64,000 nt of DNA. Origin: Candidatus Omnitrophota bacterium (GTDB lineage: Bacteria > Omnitrophota > Gorgyraeia > Zapsychrales > Fredricksoniimonadaceae). Each line of letters begins with the position of its first letter. Positions within the stretch are counted from its first letter, which is position 1. The position numbers and the translations under genes were made by a program. The stretch is taken from NCBI GenBank assembly GCA_015233335.1, contig JADFXX010000010.1:4560-68559 (forward strand), given 5' to 3'. The notes under the pieces are model-generated. The model was given only the letters and a program-made list of their open reading frames with translations. It was not told where the DNA came from and did not search any database. Positions 49,854 through 58,996 of this stretch are shown here, piece by piece.

Positions 49854-50535
49854 AGACATTTCTTTCCCCACACCTGCGGAAAATATTGCTTTCGATGAAG
49901 TTCTCTTGCATTTAGCGGAAAAAAATGAAGGGTGTGAATTTTTGCGCTTTTGGGAATCTTCTAAGATTTTTATTGTTCTAGGCCGTATCGGTCAACAGGA
50001 ATCAGAGGTTAATGCAATCATGGCCCAAAGGGACAACATCCCGGTGCTTAGACGCTCCTCTGGAGGAGGTACGGTCGTTCAGGGTCCAGGGTGTTTGAAC
50101 TACACCTTAGTTCTTTCTAAACAAAAGCATCCTGTTCTCAATGATTTAAGGAAATCTTATCAGTGGATCAGTGCAAAAATTATTGAAGCCCTTCGAGGAG
50201 CTGGGGTGGAATCCTATTTTAGGCCAACTTCGGATTTGGCAACAGGCCCTGGCGAAAAAAAATTTTCCGGCAATGCTCAGCGCCGCGGTAGGCAATATAT
50301 TTTGCATCATGGGACAATTCTCTATAATTTTGATCTAACACTCATTAGCCGTTATTTGAATATGCCTACAGATATCCCTGAATACCGTAAGTATCGAGCC
50401 CACACTGATTTTGTGACCAATATCCCGCTTGATCCGGGTCGATTTAAAACGCATCTGGCGCAAATCTTTGATGCGTCTGAATCACAACTTCCAAGCGCAC
50501 AAGAGCTTTCATTTCTTAAAGAATTTCTAAAATAA
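49843..50535 (+). CDS. Lipoate/octanoate-protein ligase family protein (BPL/LplA/LipB domain)
   Basis: RRSSGGGTVVQGPG and KFSGNAQRR motifs. Located directly downstream of gcvPB. Confidence 0.75.
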   Translation: MQRRDISFPTPAENIAFDEVLLHLAEKNEGCEFLRFWESSKIFIVLGRIGQQESEVNAIMAQRDNIPVLRRSSGGGTVVQGPGCLNYTLVLSKQKHPVLNDLRKSYQWISAKIIEALRGAGVESYFRPTSDLATGPGEKKFSGNAQRRGRQYILHHGTILYNFDLTLISRYLNMPTDIPEYRKYRAHTDFVTNIPLDPGRFKTHLAQIFDASESQLPSAQELSFLKEFLK

Positions 50536-50572
50536 TAATGTTATTTTAAATAAATATTGGTAATATAAAAGA

Positions 50573-51814
50573 ATGTTAAAATGGATTTCATTTTTATATT
50601 TGATGATTTTTTGTTTTGGTTTTGTCCCCTGGTCGGTTGAGGCCGCAACCATGAATACCATTCACGATAAAAATTATAAGGAATATACAGATTTCTTTGA
50701 AAAAGTTTATCAGACCTTTGAAACAAACTATTATCTTCCTCCCAGTCGTTCAATATATAATCATTTTCTGGAAAAATTTAATGCCAAGATTTATGCGCAG
50801 CTTAAAAGTGAAGGTAAAAGTGATGATTATGTGCGCTGGCGCAGTGCCTGGTATTTGGTGGATGCTTTAAAATCCAAAGAGGACCGATTTACTCAATTTT
50901 ATCCGCCAAAACCAGCTGTTAAGTTCCAGCACGAAGCATTGGGTCAGAAGATCGATCTGGGTATTGAAGGCCAAAAAAAGGATATCGGTTTTTTGGTGAC
51001 GCGTATGGAGCCCCGTTCCGATGCGTATGAAAAAGGTTTGCGTGAAAATGATCTGATTGTACAAATTGATGGCATGAGTGTAAAAGAGTTAACCCAACAG
51101 GTCATTGAGAATAAATTAACTCCCTTGATAAATACACAGGTCAAATTGGCCTTTCTGAGTAGTGAGACCAAAAAACAAAACATTATCACAGCAGTCAGCA
51201 AAGAATATTTCAAGCAGACTGTGTTTTTACACCCCGTGCCGGTTGAGGGCGTATTTTGTCTGGATGTCCCCAAATTCAACCGTTCGACCGGTGATGATAT
51301 GTTCCGTTTTTTGCAGATGATTCAGGCCCAGCGCCCTAAAGGTCTGGTGTTGGACTTACGGGGCAATCCCGGCGGCCCTCCTTTGGCGGCCCGTGAAATT
51401 TCAGCTTTTTTTCTTAAGGGGGGGGAGGAATTTGCGTATTTTCAAAAGCGTAATGCTCCCAAAGCTGATCTGGATGTGCCTGTCATTGATTCCCGGTATC
51501 AATTTACCGCTCCCATTGTTATTCTTGTAGATGCCGATACCGGCAGCGCTGCAGAATTGTTTTCCGGTATTATGCAGTTTAGAGGCAGGGCAGTTATTTT
51601 AGGGGTCAATACAGCGGGTCAAATTTTGCTTAAATCTATGTTCCCGATGGATGATGGCTCCATGGTGGCGCTCGTCACTGCACGTGGTCATTATCCGGAT
51701 GGTTCGGTGTTTAGTTTTGATGGGATAACTCCTGATAAAATCATCAGCGATGCTCCTAAAGACGGGTTGATTAATTTGGCCGCAGCCTGGATTGCGATGA
51801 AAGCAAAGCAGTAA
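50573..51814 (+). CDS. S41 family C-terminal processing peptidase with PDZ domain
   Basis: Signal peptide, PDZ-like region (GLRENDLIVQIDG), and DLRGNPGGP and SAAELF motifs. Confidence 0.8.
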   Translation: MLKWISFLYLMIFCFGFVPWSVEAATMNTIHDKNYKEYTDFFEKVYQTFETNYYLPPSRSIYNHFLEKFNAKIYAQLKSEGKSDDYVRWRSAWYLVDALKSKEDRFTQFYPPKPAVKFQHEALGQKIDLGIEGQKKDIGFLVTRMEPRSDAYEKGLRENDLIVQIDGMSVKELTQQVIENKLTPLINTQVKLAFLSSETKKQNIITAVSKEYFKQTVFLHPVPVEGVFCLDVPKFNRSTGDDMFRFLQMIQAQRPKGLVLDLRGNPGGPPLAAREISAFFLKGGEEFAYFQKRNAPKADLDVPVIDSRYQFTAPIVILVDADTGSAAELFSGIMQFRGRAVILGVNTAGQILLKSMFPMDDGSMVALVTARGHYPDGSVFSFDGITPDKIISDAPKDGLINLAAAWIAMKAKQ

Positions 51815-51837
51815 GAGTACTTGCCAAGGCAAAAATT

Positions 51838-52179
51838 ATGGGGCCTTTTTTAATTTTGTTTATTGTTCAATGTTTTTTTGCGCTAGGCGTGATTATTGTG
51901 TTAAAAAAAACATTGGATCGTGAGCTGATTGAGGCGGCCTTTGAGAAACTGGAAGCTTGTAAAAGTTCTCCGGAAGTTAAAGAAATTGTCGTGTGCCTGC
52001 CTTCCGCCGTTAGTGATGAGATGAAAACTCATTTAGAATCAATAAGACAGCGTAAATTCGTCCAAGCGAATTTAAAAATCCAGGAGGATCCTGCCCTTAA
52101 GGGAGGCATGGTTATTGCCGTGGGTGATCTTTTATTGGATTTCAGCCTTTCTGGCCGTTTGCAGCATTTTTGGTCATGA
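51838..52179 (+). CDS. Hypothetical membrane-anchored protein
   Basis: 113 aa with an N-terminal TM helix. The C-terminus (GGMVIAVGDLLLDFSLSGRLQHF) faintly resembles the C-terminus of ATP synthase delta/OSCP. This is not enough for a functional call. Confidence 0.4.
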   Translation: MGPFLILFIVQCFFALGVIIVLKKTLDRELIEAAFEKLEACKSSPEVKEIVVCLPSAVSDEMKTHLESIRQRKFVQANLKIQEDPALKGGMVIAVGDLLLDFSLSGRLQHFWS

Positions 52180-52898
52180 ACACCCCAGTTAAAAAAATTC
52201 TTATTATCGTCCCTGCTTTTAATGAATGCGGTAATATCGGCCGTACAGTCGAAGAAATCCGTCATGTGGGGATGGCTGCAGATATTTTGGTCATTGATGA
52301 TGGCTCATGGGATGACAGCGCCCAAGAAGCTCGTCGGGCTGGAGGGATGGTCGTTACTTTACCGTTTAACTTAGGTATCGGGGCCGCTGTGCAAACAGGG
52401 TTTCAATATGCCCAACAGCATCACTATGATATTGCCGTACAGATAGATGGCGACGGACAGCATGATGCCAGTTATCTGAATAAAATCATTGAACCTCTTG
52501 TTTGCGATTGTGCCGATATGGTTGTCGGCAGCCGTTTTTTAGAAAATACCGGGGGATTTCGATCGTCATTTAGCCGCAGGCTGGGGATTAATTTTTTTGT
52601 GCACTTGATCAATATTCTGACGGGAGTCAAGGTTTTGGACCCTACTTCGGGCTTTCGCGGGTATAACAAAAAAACGATCGCGTTATTTTCAAGTTATTAT
52701 CCTCATGATTTTCCCGAACCTGAGGCTATTGTCGTGGCTCAACAGGAGCGCTTGCGTATCGTTGAGGTTGCTGTAGCCATGCGCCCAAGGGAGGCGGGCA
52801 GCAGTTCCATCCGTTATCTTAAGACCCTTTACTATATGTCTAAAGTCACGCTGGCGATTCTTCTGCACATGATCCGACAAAGAAAGAGGGTAAGATGA
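52176..52898 (+). CDS. Glycosyltransferase family 2 (polyprenyl-phosphate sugar synthase-like)
   Basis: IIVPAFNECGNI, VIDDGSWDDS and QIDGDGQHD motifs. The ATG at 52176 forms an ATGA overlap with the upstream stop; the ORF-track start at 52170 is a TTG. Confidence 0.85.
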   Translation: MNTPVKKILIIVPAFNECGNIGRTVEEIRHVGMAADILVIDDGSWDDSAQEARRAGGMVVTLPFNLGIGAAVQTGFQYAQQHHYDIAVQIDGDGQHDASYLNKIIEPLVCDCADMVVGSRFLENTGGFRSSFSRRLGINFFVHLINILTGVKVLDPTSGFRGYNKKTIALFSSYYPHDFPEPEAIVVAQQERLRIVEVAVAMRPREAGSSSIRYLKTLYYMSKVTLAILLHMIRQRKRVR

Positions 52899-53251
52899 AC
52901 ATTCATGTGGTTGCGTTCTTAGTATCAGTCACAATTTTTTTGTTTGTGATTGATTTGGTGCGGCGGCGGCGATTGACGTTTAAGTATGCGGTGGCTTGGC
53001 TTTTGGTATCAGCCGGGGCGATTTTTTTCGCCATATTTTATCGCCCGATTTTCTTATGCGCGGCTTTTCTTGGTTTTGAACTGCCCAGCAATTTCATTTT
53101 TTTTGTTTTATTTTGTGTATTTGTGTTCTTAAGCCTTTTGCTGACTGTATTCCTGTGTCAGCAAAATAACCGCAATGATGTGATGGCTCAAAAGATCGCT
53201 TTACTGGAGTTTGAACTTAAGGGTTTGAAAAAGAAGATGAATGTCGAATAA
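52895..53251 (+). CDS. Small membrane protein, DUF2304-like (common partner of GT2 genes)
   Basis: 118 aa with 3-4 TM helices and an early RRRRLTFKYAVAWLL motif. ATGA overlap with the preceding GT2. The family assignment comes from memory of this pairing. Confidence 0.55.
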   Translation: MNIHVVAFLVSVTIFLFVIDLVRRRRLTFKYAVAWLLVSAGAIFFAIFYRPIFLCAAFLGFELPSNFIFFVLFCVFVFLSLLLTVFLCQQNNRNDVMAQKIALLEFELKGLKKKMNVE

Positions 53252-54228
53252 TGGATCCTATTGCCATCAGTGTCATCATCCCTGCCTATAACGCCTCGGC
53301 GACCATTGGCCGGACTCTTTTTGCTTTAACAAGCCAGGATTATGCCGGAGGGTTCGAAGTTATTGTGGTGGACGATGGTTCCCTTGACAACACAGCGAAT
53401 ATTGTAGCCTCATTTCCTGCAGTGCGTTATGTGCGACAGGAAAATGCAGGGCCGGCCTCTGCGCGCAATCATGGCGCCCGGTTAGCCAAGGGTGAATATT
53501 TTGCTTTTACGGACTCTGATTGTGTCCCAAACAAGGATTGGATCTCACAGCTAATCAAGGGTTTCGAGCAAAATCAAGTGGGAGTGGTTGCAGGGAGTTA
53601 TGGAATCGCCAACCCGAAAAGCATACTCGCCGGGTGCGTTTGGGCCGAAATTGTCTGGCGCCACAGCCATTTAATGCCAGACTTTCCTAAGGCCTTTGGC
53701 AGCTACAATTTTTGCGTTAAGAAAAATGTTTTTGAGGCAGTGAAAGGTTTTAATACTGGCTATCGCATGGCCAGTGGAGAAGATAACGATCTTAGCTATA
53801 AAATCATAAAAGCAGGCTGGCTGATTTACTTTCAACGTAAAGCCGTTGTTGATCATTATCACCCGACTGAGGTGAATCGGTATTTAAAAGAGCAGTTTCG
53901 TCACGGTTTCTGGAGAGTGAAGATGTACAGGGACCATCCCCGTATGATGCGCGGGGATGGCTATACTTACTGGAAAGATATTATTGAGATGCCCTGGGCC
54001 GGGGGCATAGGGGTGGGAATTGTCCTAAGTGTATTAAACTTTGGCGGTTTTAAGCATCTTACCTGTTTTTTGTTATTGTCATTCTTGGTGTTTGAAATTT
54101 TATCTGCATTTCTGATCACTCGCCGTTTTTTTCGGGGAATTTTCTTTGGTTTTATTCTTTTTTTGCGGGCCTTTGCGCGTATGTTTGGTTTCTCGTCGGG
54201 ATTTTTTTCAATTTCACTAAAAAAATAA
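53251..54228 (+). CDS. Glycosyltransferase family 2 with C-terminal TM helices
   Basis: SVIIPAYNASATI, VVDDGSLDNT and FTDSDCV (DxD) motifs. TAATG overlap with the upstream gene. Confidence 0.85.
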   Translation: MDPIAISVIIPAYNASATIGRTLFALTSQDYAGGFEVIVVDDGSLDNTANIVASFPAVRYVRQENAGPASARNHGARLAKGEYFAFTDSDCVPNKDWISQLIKGFEQNQVGVVAGSYGIANPKSILAGCVWAEIVWRHSHLMPDFPKAFGSYNFCVKKNVFEAVKGFNTGYRMASGEDNDLSYKIIKAGWLIYFQRKAVVDHYHPTEVNRYLKEQFRHGFWRVKMYRDHPRMMRGDGYTYWKDIIEMPWAGGIGVGIVLSVLNFGGFKHLTCFLLLSFLVFEILSAFLITRRFFRGIFFGFILFLRAFARMFGFSSGFFSISLKK

Positions 54229-54250
54229 AAGAAAATTTTCCAATATTCTC

Positions 54251-54278
54251 TTGAAAGGGGTATCGAGTATGTTAAGAT
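54251..54278 (+). promoter_or_regulatory. Sigma70-like promoter candidate for the secretin operon
   Basis: TTGAAA (54251-54256), 16-nt spacer, TAAGAT (54273-54278). It sits in the only sizeable gap (about 100 nt) between the GT2 genes and the secretin module. Confidence 0.4.
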
Positions 54279-54369
54279 GGTATTAATTACATAAAAATAT
54301 TTTTTAAATTTATTTGTCCTTATACTAAAAAAATTGCCCGAACGACGGGAAAACGAAATCAGGTTTTTT

Positions 54370-54945
54370 ATGGCTCAAGAGTCTGCTGAACAAAAATTAC
54401 TAAAGATGATGAATAAATCAAGCTCACCCGTTGCCGCTAAGCCTCATTCTGTTTCCCAAAAAATAAATTTTTCATTCAGTATAAATATTCTAAATAAATT
54501 TTTGTTCCTTGGTGTTTTTGTTTGTCTGCTCATTTTAATGTGGGAAATGCGCTGTGGGTTTATACTGCTTGGCCGGCAGTTCGATTTTTCCGCAGATTCC
54601 AGAAGCAATGCTTCATTGTCTGAAATTGCCATGCCGTCTGCTCAGAGCGTCGATTATTATCTCAAGAGCATTAATGAGCGTAATATTTTTAAACCTTACG
54701 TGCCTAAATCTGCCAGCAGACCTGCGGCTCAAGGTCTGGTGCAGAAGATGTCTAGGTATAAATTAGTCGGTATTGCTTGGCTGGATCTGCCGGAAACAGC
54801 TTCTGTCATGGTTGAAGATACGCAGAAAAAACAAACTTTCTTTCTTAAAGTAGGTGAACAATTAGAGGGCGTCACTGTCAAGACCATCTATACGGATAGA
54901 GCGGTCTTCAGTCACGAAAATGAGGAGACGACAATCAAGCTATGA
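54370..54945 (+). CDS. GspC/PilP-like secretin-associated inner-membrane protein
   Basis: One TM helix plus a C-terminal beta-rich domain (YKLVGIAWLDLPETASVMVEDTQKKQTFFLKVGEQLEGVTVKTIYTDRAVF), the pattern seen in PilP and the GspC HR domain. ATGA overlap with the secretin gene. The ATG at 54370 is preferred over the TTG at 54334. Confidence 0.55.
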   Translation: MAQESAEQKLLKMMNKSSSPVAAKPHSVSQKINFSFSINILNKFLFLGVFVCLLILMWEMRCGFILLGRQFDFSADSRSNASLSEIAMPSAQSVDYYLKSINERNIFKPYVPKSASRPAAQGLVQKMSRYKLVGIAWLDLPETASVMVEDTQKKQTFFLKVGEQLEGVTVKTIYTDRAVFSHENEETTIKL

Positions 54946-56570
54946 GCAAACACATCCCTAAACTCAAGTTCCCGATTTTATTGCTGGCTGGCCTTTTGGG
55001 CTCGATCGCTTTCTTGACGTTGGCCCCCGCGCAAACGGATGAAGAAGCGGCGCTGCCCAAGCCTATTATTCTGACAGAGCCTAAAGAGCCTTTGGAAGAA
55101 AGGATGGAGCGTAAGATCACTCTCGATGTGCGAGATATGAACATCGTTGATGTGATCAAATTCCTCGCCCAAAAAGGGGAATTTAACATTATTATAGCTC
55201 CTTCGGTCGAAGGCCGCAGCACTGTGCTTTTACACGACGTATCGATCAAAGACGCGTTGGACATTGTCATCATTTCCAACAAGCTGGCCTATCACATTGA
55301 GGATGATATTATCCAGGTGATGTCCGCAGGGGAATATGAGGCAATGTACGGCAAGCGTTTTAACGACAAGACCCAGGTGAGCATTATCCATCTGCAGTAT
55401 GCCAAACCCAGTTATGTGCTGGCGGCTTTGGATAACATGCGTAGCAATATCGGCAAAATCATTATCGATGAAGATACGGGATCAGTTGTTTTGGTAGAAA
55501 CTCCTCAGACGATTGCTTTGATGAAAAAAGCGATCGATCAAATCGAGCGTCCGCTCGATACTTTAGTTTTCAATTTGAAATATGCCAAAGCGGATATGGT
55601 TGTTGAAAAGTTGCGTTCCCGGATTGATGCTAAAGCCGTGGGTTCCATCACGGCTGATGAGCGTTCCAACCAGGTTTTGGTGAGGGTTTTTCCGGGACGA
55701 CGCGATGAAGTGGAAAAAACCATCCGCACTCTGGATGAGCCCACACGGGAAGTTTTGATCGAGGCCCGCGTTTTGCAGGTTGTTTTAAATCCCACCTATG
55801 ATGTGGGAATGGACATTACGGCTCCTATTGTCAAGAATGGAAAAACAATGCTCAATTTATCGAGTTCGGCATTAGATGAGACTGCTTTAGGTGCCGGGGA
55901 TAGTCTGGGGACTAATTTCGGCAGAATTGCGGTGGGAAGTTTTAACGCCAATCAATTTACGGCGGCGATACGTGCCATGCAGCAGGTTAGTGATACTAAA
56001 ATCCTTTCCAGTCCCCAAATTTTGGTGACCAATAACGAGGAAGCCAAGATTCATATCGGGGACACGGTCCCTTACATTGTGTCTACGACCAACGGTACCG
56101 GGCAAAACGCCATTACCAGCGACGATGTGCGTTTTGTTGATGTAGGTCTCAAGTTAAGTGTTGTCCCGACTATCAATGATGATGGTATGGTGACCATGCG
56201 ATTGACGCCGGAAATTTCCGAGGTGGTGGCTACTGTCAAATCAGCGGCAGGCAGCGGCATTCCCCAGGTGAACAAAACTGAAGTAGAAACATCGGTCATG
56301 GTCAAAGATGGTCAAACGATTGTGATGGCGGGGTTGCGTAACCAGAATAAAGTTCATACGAAAAAAGGAATTCCCGGTCTTATGGATATTCCGTTCGTAG
56401 GAGGGGCCTTCAGTCGTACTGCCGATACATTTACTTCGTCGGAAATTGTGATCTTGATCACTCCTCACATTGTTAAGGGCTCTGATAATTATTCGAAAGC
56501 AGACAGCTCCATCAAAGGGGCCAAAACGTATAACGAAAATATTCAACCGAAACAGCCAGTCAAACCTTAA
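54942..56570 (+). CDS. Secretin (GspD/PilQ family outer-membrane channel)
   Basis: Signal peptide; N0/STN-like domain (ITLDVRDMNIVDVIKFLAQKGEFNIII); secretin core (ILSSPQILVTNNEEAKIHIGDTVPY ... GIPGLMDIPFVGGAFS ... SEIVILITPHIV). Confidence 0.9.
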   Translation: MSKHIPKLKFPILLLAGLLGSIAFLTLAPAQTDEEAALPKPIILTEPKEPLEERMERKITLDVRDMNIVDVIKFLAQKGEFNIIIAPSVEGRSTVLLHDVSIKDALDIVIISNKLAYHIEDDIIQVMSAGEYEAMYGKRFNDKTQVSIIHLQYAKPSYVLAALDNMRSNIGKIIIDEDTGSVVLVETPQTIALMKKAIDQIERPLDTLVFNLKYAKADMVVEKLRSRIDAKAVGSITADERSNQVLVRVFPGRRDEVEKTIRTLDEPTREVLIEARVLQVVLNPTYDVGMDITAPIVKNGKTMLNLSSSALDETALGAGDSLGTNFGRIAVGSFNANQFTAAIRAMQQVSDTKILSSPQILVTNNEEAKIHIGDTVPYIVSTTNGTGQNAITSDDVRFVDVGLKLSVVPTINDDGMVTMRLTPEISEVVATVKSAAGSGIPQVNKTEVETSVMVKDGQTIVMAGLRNQNKVHTKKGIPGLMDIPFVGGAFSRTADTFTSSEIVILITPHIVKGSDNYSKADSSIKGAKTYNENIQPKQPVKP

Positions 56571-56612
56571 GGGCGGCTAATTCAAATAATTCTAAGGATG
56601 GAGATCAAACTT

Positions 56613-57407
56613 ATGGGCAAATCATGTAAAGAGTTTCTAAGAAGACTCAACCTTACGACGTTGAAGCGATTGGGTGTTTTTATGGTAGTATTTTTTATTT
56701 TTGCCCTTCTGGAAAACGTTTGCGTGCATGCCCAGGACGCTGCTGATGTCGCCTTGCCCCAGCAGACAGTAGGCAGCGATGCAAATCAAGCTCAGGCTCA
56801 ACGGGATCAATTTGTCAAAGAGATCCGCCGGGTGGAAAATCTTAATAAGAAATATACCAAGGAAATAGAAGATGTTCGTGCTTTGTTGGCAGATAAAGAT
56901 GCGGACTATCAAAAACGTATGCAGGATCTGGAAAATAAACTGGCAGCTCAACAGGATGAAAATTCTAAAAAAGCAGTAGCTCAAGAGCAGACCCAGCAAA
57001 CGGCACAAGAATTGGAAGCCAAGACCAATGAAATGCTTTCTAAAGGCGGGGATCTCGATCCGCAGGATCAGCAGTTCAGGGAAGAATTAGCCAAAGCTCA
57101 TTATAACATGGGCAATATTTATTTTGAGCGCGGTGAGTATCAGAGGGCTGTAGTGGAATATTACCAGGCTGTGGATTTGACTCCGAATGACGCGGATACT
57201 CATTATAATCTGGCCTTTGTCAGTGGTGAGTATTTGGGAGACCAGGAAACTGCTCTTAAACATTATCAATGGTATCTGTATCTTAAGCCCAATGCTCCAG
57301 ATATTTCTGCCGTTAAGGAAAAAATTATCCAGGCTAAGCTTAGTTTACGCAGTAAAGTCGATTCCCCGTTGGATAAAAATGACGGTAATTTTAATTTAAC
57401 CCGTTAG
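56613..57407 (+). CDS. Membrane-anchored coiled-coil / TPR protein
   Basis: Hydrophobic N-terminal anchor, Gln/Glu-rich coiled-coil segment and two TPR units (AHYNMGNIYFERGEYQRAVVEYYQAVDLTPND...). The ATG at 56613 has GGAG 10 nt upstream; an alternative ATG lies at 56598. Confidence 0.65.
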   Translation: MGKSCKEFLRRLNLTTLKRLGVFMVVFFIFALLENVCVHAQDAADVALPQQTVGSDANQAQAQRDQFVKEIRRVENLNKKYTKEIEDVRALLADKDADYQKRMQDLENKLAAQQDENSKKAVAQEQTQQTAQELEAKTNEMLSKGGDLDPQDQQFREELAKAHYNMGNIYFERGEYQRAVVEYYQAVDLTPNDADTHYNLAFVSGEYLGDQETALKHYQWYLYLKPNAPDISAVKEKIIQAKLSLRSKVDSPLDKNDGNFNLTR

Positions 57408-57409
57408 AA

Positions 57410-58996
57410 ATGTTTTTTATGACCGGAAATCTCGGAAAAATTTTGTTGTTATCAGTTTTGGGGCTCTATTTTGGCACGCTGGCGCTTGCGAATAATTTGT
57501 CGGTAGTGAATGTGACTTTAGGGACCCGCAATCCTAATGCCAAAACGGTAATGGTGACTTTTAACGTCAGCTGGCAAAACTCCTGGCGAAATAAGATCAA
57601 CCATGATGCCGCTTGGCTTACCGTGCGTCTGAACAGTACCCAAGCAACTCCGGTAGCTAAACAACTATGTCAAATTACGGCCACGGGTGTTAATCCTGCA
57701 GGCACTTCACCGGGCACAGGTTCTAATTTGGAGATTTATGTCCCCAAAGATTCTTATGGCGCTTTTCTTAGGCCTTCCAACACTGGCTTTCTAGGCAATA
57801 TTGATACTAAGAATGTGCAATTGACCATCAATTATCAAAGTTGCGGCTTTAGCGATAATGACCAGATTTATGCGAGTGTTTTTGGTTTAGAAATGGTTTT
57901 CATACCACAAGGATCTTTTTACGCAGGAGATTATAATACCAGTGTCGCTTCCTTAAATAGCGGGACAGGGGATGCTTCTCCATGGCGTATTGGAAGTGAG
58001 AATGCCATTCCTGTTTCTAATCCGCCTTCCGGTGGCTATCAATATATTTCTGCTGGAAATCCGGGAGAATTTGCAACAGGGTTTTTATTTACCATCCCGG
58101 CTGCCTTCCCTAAAGGATATAACGCGTTTTATGCCATGAAATATGAATTAAATGAAGGACAATGGGCAGAATTCCTGAATTCTTTGCCAACTAATGCTGC
58201 GCGTGCCAACCATGATTTATCTGATAATAATCACAAAAACTCTACCAGTGTGGTTAATCGCAATACTCTTAGCTGTTCCGGTACTCCTTTGGTGTGTGCG
58301 ACCCAGAGACCATCGCGGGCGGTCGGTTATTTAAGCTGGATGGATTTAGCGGCTTTCCTAGCCTGGGATGCTTTGCGGCCTATGACGGAATTGGAATTTG
58401 AAAAAATGTCCCGTGGTCCTCTTTTGTCGAGCGCAGGAGAATACATTTGGGGAAATCAAATTATTACGCCAGTGTCGGCGATCAGCGGTACGACCGAAGA
58501 CGGCACAGAAACAGTTACAACGCTCAATGCCAATGCCAACTATGGCAATTCAACTTTTTCAGGAGGGGATAGTGCCCAGGGTGTTTATTATCAAACCGGG
58601 CCTTTACGCGGGGGTATTTTTGCGCTTGCCAATTCAAACAGGACAAGCGCCGGAGCCTCGTATTATGGAGTTATGGATTTGGGGGGCAACTTAAAAGAAC
58701 GCGTGGTTACGATCGGTAACAACGCAGGGTTAGCTTTTACAGGAAATCATGGAACAGGAGTTCTTAATACAACTGCTGGTTATGAAGGGAATGCCAATGT
58801 AGCGGGATGGCCAGGCATGGACGCACAAGCTCAAAATGGCGTTGACGGGGCAGCTGGATCTGGATTTCGTGGAGGTTCCTGGGCGGATAGTTCAAATTAT
58901 TTAAGGACATCAGATCGTCTGGAGGCGGCGTTGACAAAAACAGACGCTCAAAGTATCTATGGAGGCCGTGGGGTTCGGACTTATGATGGCAATTAA
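57410..58996 (+). CDS. Secreted FGE-sulfatase/SUMF1-like domain protein, paralog A
   Basis: Signal peptide ending LALA-NN. FGE-like blocks: MVFIPQGSFYAGD, YAMKYELNEGQWAEFLN, VGYLSWMDLAAFLAWDALRPMTELEFEKMSRG and GFRGGSW. A novel N-terminal domain carries an SWQNSWRN motif. Confidence 0.7.
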   Translation: MFFMTGNLGKILLLSVLGLYFGTLALANNLSVVNVTLGTRNPNAKTVMVTFNVSWQNSWRNKINHDAAWLTVRLNSTQATPVAKQLCQITATGVNPAGTSPGTGSNLEIYVPKDSYGAFLRPSNTGFLGNIDTKNVQLTINYQSCGFSDNDQIYASVFGLEMVFIPQGSFYAGDYNTSVASLNSGTGDASPWRIGSENAIPVSNPPSGGYQYISAGNPGEFATGFLFTIPAAFPKGYNAFYAMKYELNEGQWAEFLNSLPTNAARANHDLSDNNHKNSTSVVNRNTLSCSGTPLVCATQRPSRAVGYLSWMDLAAFLAWDALRPMTELEFEKMSRGPLLSSAGEYIWGNQIITPVSAISGTTEDGTETVTTLNANANYGNSTFSGGDSAQGVYYQTGPLRGGIFALANSNRTSAGASYYGVMDLGGNLKERVVTIGNNAGLAFTGNHGTGVLNTTAGYEGNANVAGWPGMDAQAQNGVDGAAGSGFRGGSWADSSNYLRTSDRLEAALTKTDAQSIYGGRGVRTYDGN

